Shown: positions 57,284 to 64,000 of the stretch, in pieces
How the letters are laid out: each line of letters begins with the position of its first letter
Position numbering within the stretch: the stretch's first letter is position 1
NCBI GenBank assembly: GCA_963755915.1
Contig: CAVWLP010000002.1
Location: 4,576,001-4,640,000 of the forward strand
Reading direction: 5' to 3'
From: an uncultured Phycisphaerales bacterium
Lineage (GTDB): Bacteria; Planctomycetota; Phycisphaerae; Tepidisphaerales; Tepidisphaeraceae
Length of the DNA stretch: 64,000 nt
Notes under the pieces: generated by a model
What the model saw: only the letters and a program-made list of their open reading frames with translations
The model's database searches: none
What the model was told of the DNA's origin: nothing
Translations under genes and position numbers: made by a program

Positions 57284-57352
57284 TAAACAATTATGATCTC
57301 AGTCAGCAGAAATGTTTTCAATTGAAACGCGAGCGGATAGTATTTTTAGACA

Positions 57353-57970
57353 GTGGCCGCAGATTTTTGCATCGCGCGAGAAACCCCCTCCCCAACCCTC
57401 CCCCGGAATACCGGGGGCGGGGGAAGAAAGGCTCTGAGTTTTCTCTGCGCTCTCTGCGTGCTCTGCGGTGAGATAGCTTTTTCGGCGCGCGCCCTGGCCG
57501 ATGGGGATTCAAACGTCACGCTGCAAAGTTCCGATGGGCAGTACCAGCTCGTTCTCGGCAAGGGATGGACGGCCAATGACTTTCATCTCGACGCCGTCCA
57601 GATCGGAGCGATTCAGAAACATCGTGGCGAATACGCGGAAGTGATCGTCGAGAATCAGTCCGACTACACCAATTCGCTGGCGGCCTACGCGCGGGCCAAG
57701 CGAGATACCATGGCCATCAGCCTCGACAATCCCAAGCTGACGGCCGGGCAGTACTCGCAGATCAATGGGCACGATGCCATCTCGTTTGAGATTCACGGGC
57801 AGCTTCCTGGAACGAATACTTCGGTGGGTTATTGCCTGACCGTGATGAAGACCAAAACGCATTACGTGCAGGTGATCGGGTGGACGGTGGAGTCGCATTT
57901 TCCCGACAATGTAAACGAACTTCAGGCGCTGGCCTCAGGGTTTTCGGAAAGCGCAAATTCGGGGAATTGA
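57353..57970 (+). CDS. Exported hypothetical protein (possibly PsbP/DcrB-like)
   Basis: ALA-D cleavage site; INGHDAISFEIHG and YVQVIGWT pattern. The N-terminus overlaps repeats. Confidence 0.55.
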   Translation: MAADFCIARETPSPTLPRNTGGGGRKALSFLCALCVLCGEIAFSARALADGDSNVTLQSSDGQYQLVLGKGWTANDFHLDAVQIGAIQKHRGEYAEVIVENQSDYTNSLAAYARAKRDTMAISLDNPKLTAGQYSQINGHDAISFEIHGQLPGTNTSVGYCLTVMKTKTHYVQVIGWTVESHFPDNVNELQALASGFSESANSGN

Positions 57971-58145
57971 ACATCGCTGTTTTGGTTGCCTATCAACTGC
58001 GCGCTGGATGGGGCATTGGAACGAATTTGATGCACGAATCGGGGGCGGGGATTGGCGGGGAACCCTCGATAAAGCGCAAATATCGCCGATCTTCGACATT
58101 TTTTGCGTGAAAATCGGTTTGGCATCGTGTTTGTTCTAAAGCAAA

Positions 58146-58275
58146 TCGTAACCATCGTGGTGATGGTTGCGGGTGACTGAGCGAGTCACTCGAATTCATG
58201 GAGCGCGGTTGGTTCCCACGGGCAGTGTCGTCCGACCGGCGGTCGGTCGGACGACACGCTGGCCCGGGGTTTTTT
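58146..58275 (+). ncRNA. Candidate structured small RNA
   Basis: Three consecutive hairpins ending in a T6 tract, with a sigma-54-like motif at 58119-58135. Confidence 0.35.
58215..58275 (+). terminator. Intrinsic terminator
   Basis: Perfect 14-bp stem gtgtcgtccgaccg/cggtcggacgacac, an extended outer stem, then TTTTTT. Confidence 0.75.
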
Positions 58276-58341
58276 AGTTTGTAGACCCGTAGCGTTCAAA
58301 GCATCCCTTACCCCCCCAAAATAAAATTCGAATGAATCGCG

Positions 58342-59679
58342 TTAGGCGACTGCCGTGATCGGCACGGACGTCTTGCTTTCCTTGACCCGTTCGATCTCCG
58401 CGCCAACCGCAATCAGCTTCTGCTCGATCTTTTCGTAACCGCGGTCAATGTGATAGACCCGATCAATGCGCGTCGCGCCTTTGGCGACCAAAGCCGCCAG
58501 GACCAAGGCCGCGCTGGCGCGCAGGTCGCTTGCCATAACCGTAGCCCCCTGAAGATCGCGCACGCCCTGGATGATGGCGGTGGGCCCTTCCTTGCGGATG
58601 CGTGCGCCCATGCGATTCAGCTCGCCCACGTGCAGGAAACGGTCGGGGAAGATGCGCTCGGTGATGACGCTGATCCCATCCGAAAGGCACAGCAGCGCCA
58701 TAAGCTGGGCCTGAAGATCGGTGGGGAAACCCGGGTAGGGTTGGGTGGTCATCTCGACGGGATTGATTCGCCGCGCCGCGGTGACATGGGCCGATTCTCC
58801 CTGGTCTTCCACGCGAACGCCGACTTCCTCCAGGCGGTCGATTACCGCGATCAGGTGGTTTAGATTGCAATGCTTCAGCGAGAGCTCGCCGTTGGAGATG
58901 GCCGCGGCGATCATGAACGTCCCGCATTCGATGCGGTCGGGGATGACGCGATGCTCCACGCCGACGAGTTTTTCCACTCCTTCGATCTGGATTTCCGACG
59001 TCCCATGCCCGCGAATGCGAGCCCCCATCTTGATAAGCATATCGGCGCAATCCGAAACCTCCGGCTCGCGAGCCGCATCGACAAGCGTCGTCTTCCCATC
59101 GGCAAGGGTGGCCGCGCACATCACATTGATGGTCCCCAGCACAGTCGGCCCCATCGGCCCGCCGAGGTACATCGTGCACCCCTTCAGCCGGCCGCGCACT
59201 TCGCCCACGATGTTGCCGTTTTCAATGTGGAAGTCCGCCCCAAGCTTCTGAAGCCCGCGGACGTGCAGATCGACAGGCCGGTCGCCGATGGCGCACCCGC
59301 CCGGCATGCTGACCACGGCCTTTCCGCGCTTCCCCAACAGCGGCCCAAGGACGCAGATGCTCGCCCGCATCGTCTTGACGATGTCGTAATGGGCCTCACA
59401 CTGCGATTCGTCGACGACTTCGATATCCAGCGGCCCGTTCAACTCCGGCCCCATCGTATTTCCAGAGTTGGAAGGCTTATGCCGGTAAACCCGGCAGCCC
59501 AGCTCGCCGAGCAGCTTGGTCATCGAATCGATGTCGAGAAGCCGGGGAACGCCCTTGATAGTGGTCTTTCCCTCGGCCATGAGTGAGGCCGCGAGGATCG
59601 GCAGCGCGGAATTCTTGCTACCGCTGATTTCGATATTGCCTTTGAGTCTGCGCCCGCCGTGAATGATGAAGGAATCCAT
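58342..59679 (-). CDS. murA: UDP-N-acetylglucosamine 1-carboxyvinyltransferase
   Basis: GSKNSALP, MRASI, PGGCAIGDRPVDLH, PDRIE, YPGFPTDLQ, DLRASAAL, HIDRGYE. Confidence 0.96.
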   Translation of the reverse strand: MDSFIIHGGRRLKGNIEISGSKNSALPILAASLMAEGKTTIKGVPRLLDIDSMTKLLGELGCRVYRHKPSNSGNTMGPELNGPLDIEVVDESQCEAHYDIVKTMRASICVLGPLLGKRGKAVVSMPGGCAIGDRPVDLHVRGLQKLGADFHIENGNIVGEVRGRLKGCTMYLGGPMGPTVLGTINVMCAATLADGKTTLVDAAREPEVSDCADMLIKMGARIRGHGTSEIQIEGVEKLVGVEHRVIPDRIECGTFMIAAAISNGELSLKHCNLNHLIAVIDRLEEVGVRVEDQGESAHVTAARRINPVEMTTQPYPGFPTDLQAQLMALLCLSDGISVITERIFPDRFLHVGELNRMGARIRKEGPTAIIQGVRDLQGATVMASDLRASAALVLAALVAKGATRIDRVYHIDRGYEKIEQKLIAVGAEIERVKESKTSVPITAVA

Positions 59680-59967
59680 CTCTGCCCGTCCTTGGGCCGG
59701 AAAAGGGTTGTGCACCACGATTCCGTAAGCCCGAAACGTCCCGGAACTTTTGTCCGGAAAAACCGTTGGGACTATCGGCCAGTCCATTGACCGACGATCA
59801 ATATCAATACTGAGCGCCTCATCGCGCGCGTTTATCGGTCGCGACCAGGGCAATCAGCATGGACGAAGGCATTTTGCGGGTGAAAATTGGAAATATCAAG
59901 GGCTGGGGAGGTGTGAAAGTAAGAAAGTGTGAAGGTAAGAAGGTTACGAGCAAAAGCTGCGCGTCGC

Positions 59968-60327
59968 TTAAGTCCAAACCGGGGGCGGGGTGATTTCATC
60001 AGAGGGGCGCGGGCCACAATCTTTCTTCCCGCTGCCCGCAAAGCGGCTTACCGCGACGATGTGCATGTCTTTGTCGCAAGTCATCTGGCAACTAAGCCTG
60101 AGGCCAAGCTCGCCGCCTAAACCGCGCACCTCGAGAATCGATCGCTCCGCCTGCGTCACCCGCGAGGGTTCTCCTTCGATGAATCTGACCCGGCAGGTCG
60201 TGCATTTGGCGTTTCCACCGCAGGAGTGGAGCTGGTCGATGTGGGCTTCGTCCGTCAGGGCAAGGACGAGACGCTTGCCCTGCGGGACTTCAAAAGTTCC
60301 AACTTCTTCGACGGTGAGTTTTGGCAT
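59968..60327 (-). CDS. 2Fe-2S ferredoxin
   Basis: HSCGGNAKCTTC...LRLSCQ. Confidence 0.88.
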   Translation of the reverse strand: MPKLTVEEVGTFEVPQGKRLVLALTDEAHIDQLHSCGGNAKCTTCRVRFIEGEPSRVTQAERSILEVRGLGGELGLRLSCQMTCDKDMHIVAVSRFAGSGKKDCGPRPSDEITPPPVWT

Positions 60328-60398
60328 TTGATGGGTCTCCAACAAAATCGTTCCTGCGATAATAGTATTGGGAAAGAGTCGCCGCGTAAACGCGGCCG

Positions 60399-60965
60399 CT
60401 AAACTGTTGCGCGAAAGCACGTCGTCAGATGATCGTTCGCTATCCCTGTCGCCTGCATAAACGCGTAGCAGATCGTTGAACCTACGAAGTTAAAGCCTCG
60501 GCGCTTCAGGTCTTTGCTCATTGCATCTGATTGTTCGGTCCGAGCCGGCACATCGCCAAAATTCTTCCGCCGAGCCTTATCCGGCTCCCGATCCGCGAAT
60601 TGCCAGACATATGCGTCGAACGATCCAAATTCCTTCTGGACCGCCAGGAAGGCCTTTGCGTTTCGGATGGCCGATTCGATTTTCAACCGGTTGCGGATGA
60701 TCCCCGCATCTTTCAGAAGTCGCGCCACATCGCGGGCGGTAAATTTCGCAACGCGCTTCGGATCAAACCTTGCGAACGCTTTGCGGTAATTCTCCCGCCG
60801 ATTCAGAATCGTGCTCCAACTGAGCCCCGCCTGTGCGCCCTCGAGGATCAGGAATTCGAACAGCTTTTGATCGTCATGAACCGGAACCCCCCACTCCTTA
60901 TCGTGATAGGCGATCATCGCTTCGGTCGTCGCCCAGGGGCAGCGGGTAATTTGCGTTTTCGACAT
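60399..60965 (-). CDS. tag: DNA-3-methyladenine glycosylase I
   Basis: RCPW, YHDKEWG, LEGAQAGLSW, IIRNRLKI, FVGSTICYAFMQATG..NDH...C. Confidence 0.95.
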   Translation of the reverse strand: MSKTQITRCPWATTEAMIAYHDKEWGVPVHDDQKLFEFLILEGAQAGLSWSTILNRRENYRKAFARFDPKRVAKFTARDVARLLKDAGIIRNRLKIESAIRNAKAFLAVQKEFGSFDAYVWQFADREPDKARRKNFGDVPARTEQSDAMSKDLKRRGFNFVGSTICYAFMQATGIANDHLTTCFRATV

Positions 60966-60971
60966 GGGGAT

Positions 60972-61916
60972 TTAAACCGAGAGCGAGAGCAGAAATCGTT
61001 CGATATTTTCCGCGGCGTCGCCGACGCCCGTTTTGGTCTGGTAATCGATCTGTGCCAGAAGATCGAGCGCGCGCTTGCGCCCATTTTCCCCCAGCTCTTT
61101 CACCGCGTTGACAAACTTCGGCTGCGCCTGGCGCGGCCAGATGCGCAGCGCCTGCCCGATGGCAAACGTGCTTTCCCCGCGCTTGAGCATCGCCAGGGCC
61201 TTGCCCACGTTTTCCAGCCAGATCCCCAGCCAGGTGACGGCGCGAAATTCCGCCGACGAATCCGACTGAATAAGCTGGCGCCACCGCGCCAGCGCCTGGG
61301 CGGCATCGCCGGCGGCCAGCGCGTTGGTCAGGTCCCACATTTCCCGCTGCCGCTGGAAGGCCACGCTCTGCCCGATTTCTTCCGCGGTGATTTTTCCCGA
61401 CGGCGCCGCCAGCGCCAGCTTGGCCAGCTCATTGTCGATGCGCCCCAGCACCGGCCCGATCAGGTCGGCCAGCAGCTCGGCCGCATCGGGCGTTATCGCC
61501 AGCTTGTGCGCGGAAGCAGCCCGCGAAACGATCCACCCTGCCAGATTCTTCGGCGGATTGCACGAAACAATCTCCCCCACCTTGTCAATAGCCTTGTAAA
61601 TCCGCTGATTTGACGGCAGCGAGCTGAATCGCATCACCAGCGTCGCGCTATCGCTCGGCTTGGCGACGTAATCTTCAAGCTGTTCCCGAAATCGCGTGAC
61701 TAGCTCATCGGCGTTTCGAACCGTCACCAGTTTGCCACCCCCAAACATCGCGAAGCTGCGCAGCTCGTCCAAAACATCGGCAAGCTGCGCAGTCTCCCCG
61801 TCAACGTCAGTCCGCTGCATGTCCCCAGGCAAACCGCGCAAGACCTCCTCCAGCGCCAATTGCTGCAGCAGCGAGTCCGTACCGACGAGCGCATAAACCG
61901 CCTTCGTCTTCGACAT
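60972..61916 (-). CDS. holA: DNA polymerase III delta subunit
   Basis: VYALVG, SFAMFGGGKLV, AAELLADLIG, NELAKL, MWDLTNAL. Confidence 0.85.
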   Translation of the reverse strand: MSKTKAVYALVGTDSLLQQLALEEVLRGLPGDMQRTDVDGETAQLADVLDELRSFAMFGGGKLVTVRNADELVTRFREQLEDYVAKPSDSATLVMRFSSLPSNQRIYKAIDKVGEIVSCNPPKNLAGWIVSRAASAHKLAITPDAAELLADLIGPVLGRIDNELAKLALAAPSGKITAEEIGQSVAFQRQREMWDLTNALAAGDAAQALARWRQLIQSDSSAEFRAVTWLGIWLENVGKALAMLKRGESTFAIGQALRIWPRQAQPKFVNAVKELGENGRKRALDLLAQIDYQTKTGVGDAAENIERFLLSLSV

Positions 61917-62112
61917 GATTGAATTTTTTATGATGCCTGCCCCAACAAGTCAAAGGCGCGCGTCTCCTGTTCCTTCATTCGGCATTTGGCAATCGGCATT
62001 CGGCATTGCTCCTCCCTCTTCCACTGGCAACGATTTCCGTTACACTTTCCTCGTAAGAACCAGTCGGGTGGCGCCCACAGGCGCTCCAGGGCAAATCGGC
62101 CGGGAGAAAGAA

Positions 62113-62862
62113 ATGTCACATCCATACTCCTCGTTCTGCGACGATTTCTACACCAACGTACGCCTCGGCTCTCAACTCAATTTGCCGCATCAACGCGAAA
62201 CCGTTTTGCATTTCTTCGAACGCATCCAGAAAGAATTTCCCGGCATGACCCGCTTCCGCAAAACCGACAGCGGCGATTTCAATCTTGAGGAAGACCGCTC
62301 CGGCCAGAAATATCGCTGGGTCAGCCTCGAATCGCGCCGGCTCAGCGCCGGTCAGGTCAACCCCGCCACCGTCGAAGAAGCGCTTCAACTCCACTCCCTT
62401 CTGCTCCAGCTCGCCCCCTACCACCTCGGGGTCAGCCCCGTCGAAGTCGATTACCTCGACGTCCTCTTCGGCTTCGATCTTTCCTTCAGCGGCAACCATG
62501 ACGAAGTCGTCGCCGAGGGGCTGCTGGCCGATTCGCCGCTCAATTGCCTCGCCGAGGAATCCGGCGCCAAGCACGTCGATTTTCAGCCCACGGTCACGGT
62601 CGCCCTCAGCGACGATTGCCGCCTCCAGGCACGCATTGATGTCATCACCCGAACCAACAGCTACCAGGTTCGCACCGGCGATTATTCCGATGATGTCATC
62701 AGCGTCTGCCTGATCCTCCGGCGATACTGGGGCGACCGTCCCCGCGTTGCGATGGACAAGCTTTTGCTCGAAATGGCCGAGCGTGCCGAGCAACTTTGCG
62801 ACCGGCATCTGCTTCCCAAGGTTTTGCGGCCGATTTCATCAGCCATCGCCTCCCGGTCGTGA
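62113..62862 (+). CDS. Hypothetical protein
   Basis: 249-aa ORF with typical codon usage and SD GGAGA; begins MSHPYSSFCDDFYTN. Confidence 0.75.
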   Translation: MSHPYSSFCDDFYTNVRLGSQLNLPHQRETVLHFFERIQKEFPGMTRFRKTDSGDFNLEEDRSGQKYRWVSLESRRLSAGQVNPATVEEALQLHSLLLQLAPYHLGVSPVEVDYLDVLFGFDLSFSGNHDEVVAEGLLADSPLNCLAEESGAKHVDFQPTVTVALSDDCRLQARIDVITRTNSYQVRTGDYSDDVISVCLILRRYWGDRPRVAMDKLLLEMAERAEQLCDRHLLPKVLRPISSAIASRS

Positions 62863-62867
62863 CGCCA

Positions 62868-62924
62868 GTTGAAGCGGCGTCCCGCCGCTTGAGGATGGAA
62901 AAGCGGCGGGGATGCCGCTTCTAC
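62868..62924. repeat. REP doublet (GTAG-family, REPIN-like)
   Basis: gttgaagcggcgtcccgccgctt ... aagcggcggggatgccgcttctac: two self-palindromic units in inverted orientation, ending in CTAC. Confidence 0.7.
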
Positions 62925-62964
62925 AGGGTGGAAACCGCTGTCAGAATAGGTAATATCAAATCTT

Positions 62965-63164
62965 ATGGCGGTTTCGCCGATGGAAGAGATGGAAAAACAG
63001 GCGGCAACCCGGATCAACGCCGTTTTGTCGCATGTCCAAAAGGACCATGAGGATCTGAACGGAAACTTGCGCAACACCCAGCCACCGGGGTCGAGGGCCT
63101 TTCAGCCGTGCGGGAAGTTTTAGAAGCCTTGCGGCGTCTGGATAGTCGGTTGAGCAGCAGGTAG
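62965..63164 (+). CDS. Small helical hypothetical protein, about 66 aa (one indel near 63058)
   Basis: MAVSPMEEMEKQAATRINAVLSHVQKDHEDL joined to RKLAQHPATGVEGLSAVREVLEALRRLDSRLSSR*; TAATAT 8 nt upstream. Confidence 0.5.
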
Positions 63165-63239
63165 GCGCGGCGTCAGGCTGCGTAAAACTTGGTAGAACCC
63201 GGTCTCTCACCGGGATTGGGACTGTCGAGGTTTTTGAAG

Positions 63240-63898
63240 ATGTCCAATGAAACCCAAAGCGCCGCCGCAGGGGAAATCGCCACCACCGGACCAATCGTTG
63301 CCAAAGCAGGGCGCTACTACCGCGTCGCCCGCTACCTCATGACCCTCCTGCTCATCGCTTACGGCGCCTGGTCCATCTACGACGGATTCTACAGTTGGCC
63401 CAACTGGCCGATCACCCACCCGCGCAAAGACCCAAGACCGACACCGACATCGCACTCAACAAAATTCTCGGCGTCGTTCTCCCCCCTGTGGGCATTGGCG
63501 TCCTCGTCTGGGCACTCTATAACTCCCGGGGCCAGTACCGCCTCGAAAACGGCCTCGTCACCGTGCCCGGACATCCACCCGTTCCTCTTGACAAAATCCA
63601 GTCGGTCGACCGCGAGCTCTGGGACCGCAAGGGAATTGCCTACATCGAATACGACCTCAGCGAATCCCCCCAGCAACGCACCAGGGGGAACACCGGCGCT
63701 CCGGTAGCCTACGAAGGCGTAAAAAAAGGCGCCACCGGCACCTTCAAGCTGGACGATTTCGTTTACGAGCGCGATCCCACCGATCAGATTTTCAAAATCA
63801 TCGAGGCCTCCCTCCTCAAAGCCGCCAGCGCCGCCCCCCCCATCCAACCCCCCGCCGCCAAGCTTCCGCCCCGGCCGACGCTGGGGACGAAGAGATAA
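63240..63898 (+). CDS. Two-TM membrane hypothetical protein (frameshift near 63425)
   Basis: YLMTLLLIAYGAWSIYDG; the shifted frame gives NKILGVVLPPVGIGVLVWAL, WDRKGIAYIEY and FKLDDFVYE. Confidence 0.65.
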
Positions 63899-63919
63899 GC
63901 CACAGACCACCCCGCGGCA

Positions 63920-64000
63920 TCACCCCGCAATCCGCCGCGCATTCGGAAACGTCATCGATTGCATGCTAACCCCGATGGCCACGAAGATAATGGAGGGATA
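63920..64000 (-). CDS. C-terminal end of a probable membrane protein (truncated by the window)
   Basis: YPSIIFVAIGVSMQSMTFPNARRIAG*; only 26 codons are visible. Confidence 0.3.
   Translation of the reverse strand, partial: YPSIIFVAIGVSMQSMTFPNARRIAG

Overview
A 64 kb, GC-rich bacterial chromosomal window. The gene set (fused aroDE, homodimeric-type GlyRS, DUF1570, PEP-CTERM, several TPR-glycosyltransferases) suggests a planctomycete, possibly Phycisphaerae; this is an inference. Housekeeping genes (aroDE, dapA, pdxJ, nnrE, surE, acs, serC, glyQS, rpsT, murA, tag, holA) are mixed with many glycan-related genes. About 20 single-base indels break ORFs, including core genes, and look like long-read assembly errors. 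I recognised no rRNA, tRNA or CRISPR array. Main observations: (1) a complete group II intron (46880-48852, minus strand) inserted in one arm of a dispersed palindromic CTCTGCG repeat, with a candidate EBS1 matching the repeat core; (2) about 15 genes with a TANNNT -10 box only 5-9 nt before the start codon (leaderless architecture), including a 23-bp bidirectional nnrE/surE promoter; (3) an uncharacterised operon of a clan GH-A/GT2 fusion, an ABC exporter and two paralogous GT-B proteins; (4) an exported protein whose signal peptide appears to be spelled by two intergenic repeat families; (5) a candidate three-hairpin sRNA and sigma-54-type promoters; (6) several families of short dispersed repeats.
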